The notes under the pieces are model-generated. The model made no database searches, was not told the origin of the DNA, and saw nothing but the letters and a program-made list of their open reading frames with translations. From contig CAYWRH010000005.1 of the NCBI GenBank assembly GCA_964460435.1, forward strand, positions 1,791-65,790: DNA of 64,000 nucleotides. The letters run 5' to 3'. This document shows, in pieces, positions 17,317 to 27,032 of the stretch. Every line of letters begins with the position of its first letter. The first letter of the stretch is position 1. The position numbers and the translations under genes were made by a program. The stretch is from an uncultured Desulfatiglans sp. Its GTDB lineage: Bacteria > Desulfobacterota > DSM-4660 > Desulfatiglandales > HGW-15.

Positions 17317-19050
17317 ATGAATGTACTCTGGTTTCTTGTTATTGCGCTTATTTTCACAGCGCTGGGATACAGGTTTTATTCGGGTCGCATAGCTCGGATA
17401 CTGGGCGAAGATAAAAAGAGGGTTACCCCTGCATGCGAATTTAATGACGGTATTGACTATTGCCCAACCAAGGGGCAGGTGGTATTTGCCCACCATTTTG
17501 CATCCATAGCCGGCGCAGGGCCTATTATAGGGCCAACCATGGCGATCATGTACGGCGCCATCCCTGTATGGCTGTGGGTAGTAATAGGAGGCATTTTTTT
17601 CGGCGCGGTTCATGATTATGTAACACTTTTCGTATCCATCCGCGAGCGCGGCAGATCCATAGCAGAGATCGCCCGGAAATCCCTTGGTGATTTCGGGTTC
17701 GGGCTGATGATCGCATTTACCATTGTCATGATACTTCTTGTTACTTCAGCATTTCTGGTGGCATCGGCAACATCCCTTACCTCACTTGTTTCGCTTGAAC
17801 AGATGAAACTGGCATCTGATCAGATAATATTGAAGACCGTTATAAAGGATGGCGCTGCCTTTGGCAGAATAGGGGGGATAGCCTCAACCTCTGTTATTAT
17901 CATTACGCTGTTCGCGCCCTTAATCGGTTTTATGAATTACCGTAAAAATATTTCCCTTGGTATAACGGTGCCATTGGCCATTCTTGTCTGTCTGATATCG
18001 ATCATTATAGGCCTCTGGATGCCCATTTCACTTGATGTTAATGTCTGGATGATTGTGCTGAGTCTCTATACGCTTGTTGCAGCTGGAGTGCCGGTATGGA
18101 TACTGCTTCAGCCAAGGGATTTTACCAATGTCTTTATTCTCTATGGAGGGCTCATACTGCTTGTTGCCGGCACAATAGGCGCCGGTATGCAGGGTGTTAC
18201 TGCCACAGCGCCCGCCTTAAATATTGCTGGAGGCACATCTGCCCCTTCCCTTGGCCTTATATGGCCATTTTTGTTTATTACTGTCGCCTGCGGGGCCATC
18301 TCCGGGTTTCATGCCCTTGTCGCCGGCGGCACTGTTTCAAAACAGGTTACATGCGAGCCCCACGCCCGTGTGATAGGCTATGGAGGAATGCTGCTTGAAA
18401 CCATGCTTGCTGTTGGTGTGATTATCGCCCTTTCGGTAGGTATCCCCTTTGATGAGTATGCTAAAATAGCCCATCCTCAGGCAGGAAGTTCAAACCCTAT
18501 TCTGGCCTTTGCCCTGGCAATGAGCGGGCTTATGCACAAGGGGCTTAATATCCCTATGGTTTACGGAACGGTCTTCGGCATACTCATGGTAGAAGGGTTT
18601 GTAGCAACCACACTCGATACTGCTGTGCGCATCAACCGCTATCTGTTCGAGGAGCTCTGGTCTATTCTCTTTAAAAACCCTCCGAAATGGGTAAGGTCAT
18701 ACATCTTTAATTCGTCATTATCAGTAGCGCTTATGCTGATACTGGCATTTACCAATGCATTCAGCGCTATCTGGCCAATCTTCGGGACAGCAAATCAGCT
18801 TTTAGCAGCCCTGACCCTCATAACCCTTGCAGCATGGCTTGCGGCAAACCGTAAAAAGAACGGGTTTCTCCTTTTGCCAGCAGCCTTTATGATAATCACA
18901 ACCATATTTGCCCTGATCATTCTTGCAGAGCGCTATTTTTCCAGTGGGAGTTATATCCTGCTTTTGGCCGATATCGTGATGATACTGCTCTCAGCAGGGC
19001 TTATAGGGGTTGCAGTAAAGGCATTTTTCAAAAAAAAGAGAGAGGCGTAA
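17317..19050 (+). CDS. cstA: carbon starvation protein A family transporter
   Basis: Polytopic membrane protein with the CstA signature HHFASIAGAGPIIGP and a typical N-terminus. Confidence 0.85.
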   Translation: MNVLWFLVIALIFTALGYRFYSGRIARILGEDKKRVTPACEFNDGIDYCPTKGQVVFAHHFASIAGAGPIIGPTMAIMYGAIPVWLWVVIGGIFFGAVHDYVTLFVSIRERGRSIAEIARKSLGDFGFGLMIAFTIVMILLVTSAFLVASATSLTSLVSLEQMKLASDQIILKTVIKDGAAFGRIGGIASTSVIIITLFAPLIGFMNYRKNISLGITVPLAILVCLISIIIGLWMPISLDVNVWMIVLSLYTLVAAGVPVWILLQPRDFTNVFILYGGLILLVAGTIGAGMQGVTATAPALNIAGGTSAPSLGLIWPFLFITVACGAISGFHALVAGGTVSKQVTCEPHARVIGYGGMLLETMLAVGVIIALSVGIPFDEYAKIAHPQAGSSNPILAFALAMSGLMHKGLNIPMVYGTVFGILMVEGFVATTLDTAVRINRYLFEELWSILFKNPPKWVRSYIFNSSLSVALMLILAFTNAFSAIWPIFGTANQLLAALTLITLAAWLAANRKKNGFLLLPAAFMIITTIFALIILAERYFSSGSYILLLADIVMILLSAGLIGVAVKAFFKKKREA

Positions 19051-19084
19051 TAAAACTGGCTGACAGGATTAACAATAATGAAAC

Positions 19085-19123
19085 GGGCCCTGATAAACCC
19101 TTTTTTTGTCAGGGCCCATTTTT
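19085..19123 (+). terminator. intrinsic terminator
   Basis: GGGCCCTGA (19085-19093) pairs with TCAGGGCCC (19109-19117), followed by ATTTTT. Confidence 0.7.
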
Positions 19124-19160
19124 AGTTGGGTCATAAAGGTGTATCAGTTTTTCTCATTCC

Positions 19161-19188
19161 TTGACTTATCAATAAATTCTGTTAGCAT
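19161..19188 (+). promoter_or_regulatory. possible sigma70-like promoter (TTGACT-16 nt-TAGCAT)
   Basis: Hexamers read by eye upstream of the 19331 ORF. The -10 element is weak. Confidence 0.3.
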
Positions 19189-19330
19189 GACGTATGCAAA
19201 TTGTCCCATTACGGGGGTCGGCATATCAGGGCAAATGGTATGAACAGCCTGAAAAAGGCAAAATTTAGCGTTAAACCGATCAATTCATTTGAACGGGAGT
19301 ATTAAGGACATTTAATCGAGGTTTTATAAA

Positions 19331-20692
19331 ATGAAAATCAAAACAGCTTTTTTCTCAATGGCGGTAATCGCACTCTTTTCTCTCATTGTAATTTCAGTAA
19401 CATCGGGCACAGAAGGAAATAAAAGGATAGTGCTGGCATACAGCAATAATGTCGAGGGGTATCTTGAACCGTGCGGGTGAGCTGACACCGGTGAGATGCT
19501 CGGCGGGCTCTATAAAAAAACTACATATCTTAATGGATACAAAAAGACAGAAAAGAACCTGGTTATCGTAGATTCAGGTGACCTGCTCAATGAACACACC
19601 CAAATAAAAGAATCCTTTATGCCTACTGCAAAACTTAAGGCCGAATTGATAACCAGGGTCAATAAGGATATTGGAATCGATGCAATAAATGTAGGTGAGC
19701 TTGAGCTGGCTCTAGGGACCGATTTTCTGAAGGAACTTGAGAAAAGGTATGATGTCCCATTTGTTTCAGCCAATATTGTGAATGATAAAAATGAGCTTCT
19801 ATTCAAGCCATATGTGATAAAGCAGATTGATAATATTAAGGTTGGCATAATCGGCATTATGGGAACCACAAATGATGTTGCAAAACCATTTGGTGATATT
19901 GCCGGCTCCTCATTATCAGTGCTTAACCCATTGGAAACAGCAACAGCCAGGGTGGCTGAGCTCAAGGATAAGGTGGATTTTGTGATTGTCCTCACACATC
20001 AGCACATGGGCCAGAACTGGATCATTGCCAGGAAGATAAACGGCGTTGATGTGGTTGTTGGCGGACACCACAAACAGAGGCTTGAAACCCCCTATGAGGC
20101 CAATAATACATATATAGTACAGACAGGCGAGAAGGGGCAGTATCAGGGCATGCTTGTAATAGAAAAGGCTGCTGATGGAACCAAGACTGTTACAAATACC
20201 CTTGTGCCCTATAATGACAAGATAGCCAACGATGCAAATGTAAAGGCCATGATTGATGACTTCAATAAAGAGGTTAACAAGCTTTATACCACTCAGGCTG
20301 GAGAGGCTGTGAAAGATGAGGCTGTGACTTTAAGGGCCGCCTCATGCGGTGAGTGTCATGCTGATGCATATGATATCTGGCAGAAGAGCAAACATGCAAA
20401 GGCATTTCAGACACTGGTAGATAAGCAAAGGCAGGTTAATCCTGACTGCCTTGTCTGTCATACAACCCGTTTTGAAGAGGCAGGCGGCTTTACCATGAAG
20501 GCACAGGAAAAGGAATTAAGGAATGTCCAGTGCGAATCTTGCCATGGCGACCGGACTGAACACCTGAAAGACCCGAGTAACGTATCACAGGTTAAACCGG
20601 GTGTGGCTCTCTGTTTGAAATGCCATACCGAACACAGGTGCCCGGATTTTGAGAAGGAATATCAAAAGGAATGGGAGAAGATTAAACACTAA
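19331..20692 (+). CDS. UshA/metallophosphoesterase-like protein fused to a tetrahaem cytochrome c, with in-frame TGA at 19478-19480 (candidate selenocysteine)
   Basis: ATG 19331 has a GAGG RBS and encodes a signal peptide. It is in the same frame as the listed ORF 19496-20692, and the single TGA gives LEPCG-U-ADTGEMLGGL. Metallophosphoesterase-like motifs DSGDLL and VVGGHH are present. The C-terminus has four CxxCH motifs (CGECH, CLVCH, CESCH, CLKCH). Confidence 0.6.
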
Positions 20693-20724
20693 AATCCCGA
20701 TAGAACCTTAAACGATTCAAAAAA

Positions 20725-20759
20725 AGAAACCCTGTCTGAAAAGGCAGGGTTTCTTTTTT
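20725..20759 (+). terminator. intrinsic terminator
   Basis: AGAAACCCTG (20725-20734) pairs with CAGGGTTTCT (20745-20754) and runs into a T-run. Confidence 0.75.
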
Positions 20760-20802
20760 GCCAAGCTTATCTTTTACATTGTAACTCACAGCTATAATTG
20801 TC

Positions 20803-20831
20803 TTGACATACAGGTATTAGCTTCCTATATT
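20803..20831 (+). promoter_or_regulatory. sigma70-like promoter (TTGACA-17 nt-TATATT)
   Basis: The -35 is perfect and the -10 matches 5 of 6 positions with a 17-nt spacer. It lies about 95 nt upstream of the lipoprotein gene. Confidence 0.5.
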
Positions 20832-20925
20832 CCCCTAAAAAAAAGATAACTAATATAATTTTTATCCAAGGTGCCGGAATGCGCATCAGACCGATTTCCC
20901 CAGTGTTTTAATAGCGAGGATAGAT

Positions 20926-21693
20926 ATGAAATACAGATCATTATTTGCCGCCCTGATTTCAATTGGATTACTTTTTTCTATTTCATCCTGCATGAAACGC
21001 AGTCCAGTCAGGGTCTATGATGAATCAAACATAGCGCCAGCAGAGGCCGCACGAATAAGGGTCCCCGCAGATACAGAGGTTTTGAGTATTGATGGCCGCC
21101 GTGTCAAGTCAGTTGCTGATTATATACTTAGCAGAATAGATGAAATTCATGTGAATCCGGGTGAGCATGAAATTGTGGTTATTTACCGCACCTTTTGGGA
21201 ACACGGCAGAAAAAGGCATGAAGAGATCAGGTCCAAAGAGATTACCCTGAAGTTCAATGCGAAAAGGGGCGCTCTTTATACATTGGCCTATCCAGAGCTT
21301 AATGATGTGACAGAGGCCAAAAGGTTCGCTGAGAATCCGGATATCTGGGTAGCAAAGATTGCAAAATATTCCGACAAGAAAAACGAGGGCACAAGGGTCT
21401 CGCGTTCTGTTATAAAGAGCGAAACAGGGAACTATACAGAACCTGAAGAGCCGGCCATCATGGAAAAAGACATATCCATGACTCCGGAGAGGCAAAATGA
21501 TAGAGGCAGTTCCGGCCTTAATGCACAAATAGAGGAATCCCCCGCCATGAAGGAGGATGCAGCGCTCAAGCAGGAGTGGGACAGCCTGAACGATGAAGAA
21601 AGGGAAGAATTCAGGAAATGGCTGGAATGGAACAGCATGAGCGAGGAGGAAAAGGAAAAGTTCAGGGAATGGACCAACAGCAACAAAGAGTAG
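20926..21693 (+). CDS. putative lipoprotein with acidic, W/E-rich repeated C-terminus
   Basis: The signal peptide ends in the lipobox-like ISSC. The C-terminus has the duplicated motif EEREEFRKWLEW / EEKEKFREW. I recognise no family. Confidence 0.5.
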   Translation: MKYRSLFAALISIGLLFSISSCMKRSPVRVYDESNIAPAEAARIRVPADTEVLSIDGRRVKSVADYILSRIDEIHVNPGEHEIVVIYRTFWEHGRKRHEEIRSKEITLKFNAKRGALYTLAYPELNDVTEAKRFAENPDIWVAKIAKYSDKKNEGTRVSRSVIKSETGNYTEPEEPAIMEKDISMTPERQNDRGSSGLNAQIEESPAMKEDAALKQEWDSLNDEEREEFRKWLEWNSMSEEEKEKFREWTNSNKE

Positions 21694-21712
21694 TATTAGA
21701 GGGTGTAGACAG

Positions 21713-21740
21713 GGCTGAAACCGGCAAAAAGGTTTCAGCC
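21713..21740. terminator. bidirectional terminator hairpin between convergent genes
   Basis: GGCTGAAACC pairs with GGTTTCAGCC, with loop GGCAAAAA. Confidence 0.55.
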
Positions 21741-21796
21741 TGTTGAGTTGATAAAGATTCCCTCAGACCTTAAACCTCAAACCGAACACCATGCTT

Positions 21797-22828
21797 TTAC
21801 AGCCCCAGGCTTGAGAGCAGGTTATCAACATCATCCTGTCTGGCGCGTCCCTCTGTCCCGCTTCTTTCATAACCAGTCATGAGCTGATTATCCTTATCCT
21901 TGTCAATACTGTGCCAGTTAAGCCTGAGTTTTCTGGCAATCTTGGTTATCTGATCCTGAAATGTCTGTATGGTTGGTATTATTTTAAGAAGCTGCTGACC
22001 TATCCTGTCCTGTATCTGCTGTGTGCTGGTCAGATTAAGGCTCTGCCTGTTTATATGATTAAGCCTATTCATCAGGTTTTCTATCTGTTCAGAAACAAGG
22101 TTGTTTGACGGGTCGCTGCACTCCTTTATTTTTAACAGGCAGGCTCTCATCTCCTTTTCAATATCAAAGAGGTTCTCAACTATTTCAAGAACAGCAGTTG
22201 TCTCTTTCTCTGTCTCTGATATGATGTTTTCAAGTCTTTTGAGCGCCGTCGGGATACTTTCAATATTGGAATGATTAAGGTCATCCTCAAGCTCGCTTGT
22301 GGATGTAAGAAAATGCTGAAGCACATCCTTGAGCCCCTCCATCACCTGGGCCTCATCACCTCTATTTCCGGGGTTAACCACCCTTGAATATATCTCCTGT
22401 ATTGTAAAGAGCCTCCTCTGTGCAATAACCGCTATATCCCTCTGTTCCTGTGTTATAAGCCCCTGCTCAAGCAGGAATGTGCCCAGTACCTTTCCCTCCG
22501 GTTTTATGGCAAGCATTTCATCTACGCTCTCCCTGTCAAGGTAAGAGAGCCTTACAAGGGTCTCGCCATAATATTCAACAGGCGGGATCTGGAGATATAT
22601 CTGTACCGCCCTTATGCCCTGTCTCAGCCCCTCTTCATTATTCATACCCTTTGTCAATGCCTCTGCCACTGTATTAATCAAGGGGGCAAGCCGCCTTACA
22701 TTTGCGCACTGGTCCTGATAGACACAGTACTCAAGAAAGAGCTGCGCAGCGATCTCTGTCTGCTCATTTGTATCATAACTATTTAATATTTCTCTGATAA
22801 CCGATAATCCGCTTCTGTTTTCCGGCAT
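21797..22828 (-). CDS. CheZ-like CheY-P phosphatase family protein
   Basis: The motif QQIQDRIGQQ matches the CheZ catalytic DFQDLTGQ (D..Q) motif. The C-terminal QDDVDNLLSSLGL matches the CheZ CheY-binding peptide QDQVDDLLDSLGF. Confidence 0.65.
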   Translation of the reverse strand: MPENRSGLSVIREILNSYDTNEQTEIAAQLFLEYCVYQDQCANVRRLAPLINTVAEALTKGMNNEEGLRQGIRAVQIYLQIPPVEYYGETLVRLSYLDRESVDEMLAIKPEGKVLGTFLLEQGLITQEQRDIAVIAQRRLFTIQEIYSRVVNPGNRGDEAQVMEGLKDVLQHFLTSTSELEDDLNHSNIESIPTALKRLENIISETEKETTAVLEIVENLFDIEKEMRACLLKIKECSDPSNNLVSEQIENLMNRLNHINRQSLNLTSTQQIQDRIGQQLLKIIPTIQTFQDQITKIARKLRLNWHSIDKDKDNQLMTGYERSGTEGRARQDDVDNLLSSLGL

Positions 22829-23192
22829 GTCTGAACTCTGTTTTTATCCTTTTTATACAGCTCTGTTTAATCCTGTCTGCTGGCAATATTTACTATTGTT
22901 ATATGATGTTTTGGTATGCTCATCGACACCTCGCTGCCTCAACTTAAGAGCTAATGATAATAAGTTTAAAATTTTTAAGTTTTTTGAATGAAACTATTTA
23001 ATCGTATTGATTTTATGGAATTCATAGGGTAAGCTTGCTCCAATTTTTATTTTTTCAGGCGCAAAAAATATAACTTGCCAGTTTTGATATGAAAATCGCT
23101 GGCATTTTTCAGATAGCTAAAATCAGGCTGGCGCTCAGGTCGGTAAGTTATTGCGTCTTGAATATCATTCTACAAAATGAAAGGAAACAAAA

Positions 23193-24671
23193 TTGGCAGA
23201 GATTATCAGAACAATACCTGAACCGAATAAAACGGTTAATGTTGTCCGTGAATGTGATGTTGTGGTTGTAGGCGGTGGCCCCGGCGGGATCGGCGCAGCG
23301 ATTGCCGCGGCGCGCAACGGAGCCGATACTGTTCTTATAGAGAGATATGGTCATCTTGGTGGAATGAGCACAGGCGGTCTTGTTACAATTATCCCATGCC
23401 TGTCAGACTTTGACGGGAACCTTCAGATAGCAGGCATTAACCAGGAGTTTATAGAGAGGCTCTCCGAAAGGAAGGCAGAGTTTCATCCTCCAATGGATAT
23501 CTGGGGCTCTGATGACCCCAAGCTTGTCAATTACTGGAATGAAAGATCATTCTTCTGGGTGCGTGAAAGACGCATTATTTACTCCTCCCTTATTGATGCT
23601 GAGATAGGAAAGTGCATACTTAACAACATGGTCAATGAGGCCGGGATAAAGACATACCTGCACGCATGGGGCACAATGCCCATTATGGACGGCAACAAAC
23701 CTGTCGGTGTGATCTTTGAGAGCAAGTCAGGCCGTCAGGCAATAATGGCAAAGGTTGTCATAGATGCCACAGGTGATGGCGATCTCCTGCCATTTACAGG
23801 CGCCACCTTTGATACTGACATAGACCCGAGGATAAGGATTGCCAATCTCTCACTCTGCTACTGGATCGATAATGTGAATCTGGTAAAGGTTGAGGATTTC
23901 CGCAGGGAACATCCGGACAAATGGGGAGAGATGATGATGGAGCTTATGCAGAAGGGAGGTCACCCGGGTTTCATGAGAAGCAATCTCCCGAATCAGGAAA
24001 AGGTGGTATGGGTGCACCCGAGATACGCAAACAAGAGCCAGACCGATGTTGAAGAGCTTACAAGGGTTGAGATGCTTGGCCGTGAGAAGATGCTCTTAAC
24101 CTTCGACTACTTTAAAAAGAATATCCCCGGCTTTGAGGAGAGCTTTATTGTGCTTTCATCGCCACAGCTTGGCACAAGGGGCGCAAGAAGGGTGCATGGC
24201 GATTATATGGTTACATCGGAAGACTTGCAGCGCAATGAGCCATTCCCCGATACAATAGCCGTATTTCCTGATCTGGACAGGGGCAAGAATTCACTCAACT
24301 CACCGCTTACCTTTATCCCCTACAGGGCGCTTCTGCCAAAAGGTGTTGACAATATGCTGGTTGGATGCAGGGCATTTTCCTCTGATCAGGAGACAAATAA
24401 CTTTTTTAACCTTATCCCCCACTGCATTGCAATAGGCGAGGCAGCAGGGACAGCAGCGGCCCTTTCACTGAAACAGGGCGTTACTGTAAGGGATGTGGAT
24501 ATAGAGGCGCTCAAAAAACAGCTTGTCAAGCAGGATGTTATCCTGCCCGGCGCATATCCTGAAAAATTTAAAAAGCCCGGGTGTGACAGGGTTACAGTAT
24601 TTGAGGTGCCATTCTTTGGTGAGTGGCAGGTGCCAAAAAAGGATGGAAACCGGATAAAGGCCGAACACTAA
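23193..24671 (+). CDS. FAD-dependent oxidoreductase
   Basis: The N-terminal dinucleotide-binding motif is VVVVGGGPGGIGAAIAAARNGADTVLIE, with GDGDL further downstream. The TTG start has AAGGAAA upstream. Confidence 0.7.
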   Translation: MAEIIRTIPEPNKTVNVVRECDVVVVGGGPGGIGAAIAAARNGADTVLIERYGHLGGMSTGGLVTIIPCLSDFDGNLQIAGINQEFIERLSERKAEFHPPMDIWGSDDPKLVNYWNERSFFWVRERRIIYSSLIDAEIGKCILNNMVNEAGIKTYLHAWGTMPIMDGNKPVGVIFESKSGRQAIMAKVVIDATGDGDLLPFTGATFDTDIDPRIRIANLSLCYWIDNVNLVKVEDFRREHPDKWGEMMMELMQKGGHPGFMRSNLPNQEKVVWVHPRYANKSQTDVEELTRVEMLGREKMLLTFDYFKKNIPGFEESFIVLSSPQLGTRGARRVHGDYMVTSEDLQRNEPFPDTIAVFPDLDRGKNSLNSPLTFIPYRALLPKGVDNMLVGCRAFSSDQETNNFFNLIPHCIAIGEAAGTAAALSLKQGVTVRDVDIEALKKQLVKQDVILPGAYPEKFKKPGCDRVTVFEVPFFGEWQVPKKDGNRIKAEH

Positions 24672-24685
24672 TTGCTCAAATAGAG

Positions 24686-24722
24686 GGGGTTCATCTTCTC
24701 ATAAGTTTGAACCCCTTTTTAT
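24686..24722 (+). terminator. intrinsic terminator
   Basis: GGGGTTCA (24686-24693) pairs with TGAACCCC (24708-24715), followed by TTTTTATTT. Confidence 0.7.
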
Positions 24723-24795
24723 TTCCTATACCAGCCTCTGGACTAAAATAATTAATTGTGCAAATATCACATCAATAAGGAGACAAGGAGAAATC

Positions 24796-25143
24796 ATGCC
24801 CTATTTCAGTATTGAAACCAATAAGAAGATTGAGATTTCAGAGACCGAAAAAATTTCAAAAAAGGCGAGCAGGTTTCTGGCAGAGATGATGAGCAAGCCT
24901 GAACAGGTGATTATGGTTGCCATCAAACCCGGCACGCCGCTTATCTTTGGCGGCACAGGCGAGCCCTGTGCCTTTGTGCGGATAAAGGCCCTGGGGCTTG
25001 ATAAGGGCAGATGCCCCGAGTATTCAGGCAAGGTATGCGGATTTCTGGAAAGGGAGATCGGTGTGCCCGGAAACAGGGTTTTTATCGAGTTTACTGATAT
25101 AGATGGCAAGTGCTTCGGGTATAATGGAAACACGCTGGCGTAG
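24796..25143 (+). CDS. MIF / phenylpyruvate tautomerase family protein
   Basis: 115 aa. The N-terminal MPYFSIETN provides the catalytic Pro-1 context typical of the MIF/tautomerase superfamily. Confidence 0.65.
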   Translation: MPYFSIETNKKIEISETEKISKKASRFLAEMMSKPEQVIMVAIKPGTPLIFGGTGEPCAFVRIKALGLDKGRCPEYSGKVCGFLEREIGVPGNRVFIEFTDIDGKCFGYNGNTLA

Positions 25144-25184
25144 GGCGCAAGGCGCTGGGCGATTGGTGCAGGGCGAATGGTATA
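25143..25184. repeat. degenerate 7-bp tandem repeat (GGGCGNN-like x6) starting at the TAG stop
   Basis: Units: gggcgca aggcgct gggcgat tggtgca gggcgaa tggtata. An A-rich run follows. Confidence 0.6.
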
Positions 25185-25212
25185 AATAAAAAAAAGAGGT
25201 GCAGGTTAAATT

Positions 25213-26424
25213 ATGGACATGGAAGATGAAAATATAGAGGAAAATGGCAAGGTTGAAGAGAGTTTTGGAGAGAGCTTTGAGGAGCTCTTAAAACAGAGCG
25301 AGGTGAAGGCCACATTCTTTCAGCCGGGTCAGGAGATAGAGACCACCATTATCCAGATCGCTGATGAATGGGTCTTTATAGACACCGGGAGCAAGTCCGA
25401 AGGCGTCATAGCCCTGAGCGAGTTCAAGGATGAAGAGGGGAATATCACAATAAAGAGTGGCGACATGGTAAGGGCCTATTTTCTGTCATCACATAACAGT
25501 GAAAGGCTCTTTACCACAAAACTTTCTCTTGAATCCACAGGAAAGGAATTTCTTGAGGATGCCTATCATAATGGCATACCTGTTCAGGGTGTTATTGAAA
25601 AGGAGGTAAAGGGGGGCTATGAGGTCAGGCTTGCCGGCAAGAGCCGCGCATTCTGCCCATTTTCTCAGCTTGGCCTTGGGCGCATGGAGGAGAGCAGCAC
25701 GGTCATTGGTTCTGAACTCACATTCAGGGTTACCCAGTACGGAGAAAAGGGCCGTAACATTGTCCTCTCGCATCGTGCAATAGTCGATGAGGAGAGGGAA
25801 AAAAGAAAACTTGAACTTAAAGAGCGCCTCAAGGTAGGCATGACAGTAACCGGCACTGTAACCTCAATAAAAAAATTCGGGGCATTTATAGAGGCTGATG
25901 GCATAGAGGGGCTGATACCTGTATCAGAACTCTCATGGGGACGCGTGGATGACATAGAGGGCATACTCTCTGTAGGCCAGAAGGTGGATGTCATTATCTC
26001 ATCACTTGACTGGGATAATAACAAATACTCATTCAGCCTGAAGGAGAAACTGCCTGACCCCTGGGATACCATAATTAAAAAATACCCTGAAGGTTCGGTG
26101 CATAGGGGCAAGGTGGCAAGGTGTGAAAAGTTCGGGGCATTTATCACCCTTGAGCCTGGCATAGACGGCCTTTTACATATCTCCGAACTTGGCAAGGAGA
26201 AGAGGATAAACCATGCAAGAGAGGCGCTTACAGATGGTCAGGAGATAGATGTAAGGATCAATGGCATAGATAAAGAAAAGAGAAGGCTTTCACTTGTCCT
26301 GGCATCAGATGAGAAGGATGAGGAGAAAGAGCTCTTAGAGGGCTTCAGCACTGCAAACAGCAAGGCTGGCAAATCATTCGGCACCATAGGAGACCTTTTA
26401 AAGGCAAAGCTTAATAAAAAATAG
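25213..26424 (+). CDS. S1 RNA-binding domain protein (four S1 repeats)
   Basis: Repeated S1 OB-fold signatures such as GMTVTGTVTSIKKFGAFIEA and GSVHRGKVARCEKFGAFITL. It is shorter than typical RpsA. Confidence 0.8.
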   Translation: MDMEDENIEENGKVEESFGESFEELLKQSEVKATFFQPGQEIETTIIQIADEWVFIDTGSKSEGVIALSEFKDEEGNITIKSGDMVRAYFLSSHNSERLFTTKLSLESTGKEFLEDAYHNGIPVQGVIEKEVKGGYEVRLAGKSRAFCPFSQLGLGRMEESSTVIGSELTFRVTQYGEKGRNIVLSHRAIVDEEREKRKLELKERLKVGMTVTGTVTSIKKFGAFIEADGIEGLIPVSELSWGRVDDIEGILSVGQKVDVIISSLDWDNNKYSFSLKEKLPDPWDTIIKKYPEGSVHRGKVARCEKFGAFITLEPGIDGLLHISELGKEKRINHAREALTDGQEIDVRINGIDKEKRRLSLVLASDEKDEEKELLEGFSTANSKAGKSFGTIGDLLKAKLNKK

Positions 26425-26451
26425 CCAGATGGATCACCATATGTCTGGGTA

Positions 26452-26474
26452 GAGACAGGTTTAAAACCTGTCTC
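26452..26474. terminator. hairpin between convergent genes (no T-run)
   Basis: GAGACAGGT pairs with ACCTGTCTC. Confidence 0.3.
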
Positions 26475-26528
26475 CACGATCTTGAAATCTGAGTGGCTAA
26501 TAGGTCAAAAGCGCTGTAGATAAAACCC

Positions 26529-27032
26529 CTACAGCGGAAGCATATAATCGGCAAGCAGGCTTGATGTCTTTCTCATGTTCATGCTCATAAACCTTGCAAT
26601 CCCCTTAAGCAGTTTTACCCCGATCTGGGGATGCTGTTCAAGCATCTCCTCAAACCTTTTTCGCGTAAGTATCAGAAGCGTGGTCTGTGATTTTGCCCTT
26701 ACTGTGGCTGACCTGGGAAAATCATCGATAATTGACATCTCACCTATAGAGCGGCCCTTGCCCAGTGTGGCTATTACCACCTCTTTGCCCTTCTCGTTTT
26801 TTTTGACAACATCAAGTGCGCCCCTGGTGACAAAACAGACAAAATCCCCCTTGTCACCCTCTGAAAATATAACCTCCCTGGGCTGGAAATCCATAAAGTT
26901 CATGCTTCTGGCCAGTATCTTCAGATCATCAGACTTGATCTGGTCAAACATGGGGATTTCAATAAGAAGGTCTATCACCGCCTTGGAAAGATTAGTCTCA
27001 CGTATCTCTTTTTCCTTAACCATATCCCCCAT
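26529..27032 (-). CDS. cyclic nucleotide-binding domain protein (stand-alone)
   Basis: The cNMP-binding signature GEMSIIDDFPRSATVRA is present. At 167 aa there is no output domain. Confidence 0.8.
   Translation of the reverse strand: MGDMVKEKEIRETNLSKAVIDLLIEIPMFDQIKSDDLKILARSMNFMDFQPREVIFSEGDKGDFVCFVTRGALDVVKKNEKGKEVVIATLGKGRSIGEMSIIDDFPRSATVRAKSQTTLLILTRKRFEEMLEQHPQIGVKLLKGIARFMSMNMRKTSSLLADYMLPL

Noticed and set aside
19479-19501. Declaring the hairpin 3' of the in-frame TGA a genuine bacterial SECIS
   Set aside because: The stem is short, includes the last two bases of the UGA, and its apical loop lies closer to the UGA than in typical bSECIS elements. It is left as unverified support only.
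25213-26424. Calling the S1-domain protein ribosomal protein S1 (rpsA)
   Set aside because: It has only four S1 repeats and 403 aa, with no cmk/rpsA-type neighbourhood. It is safer as a generic S1 RNA-binding protein.
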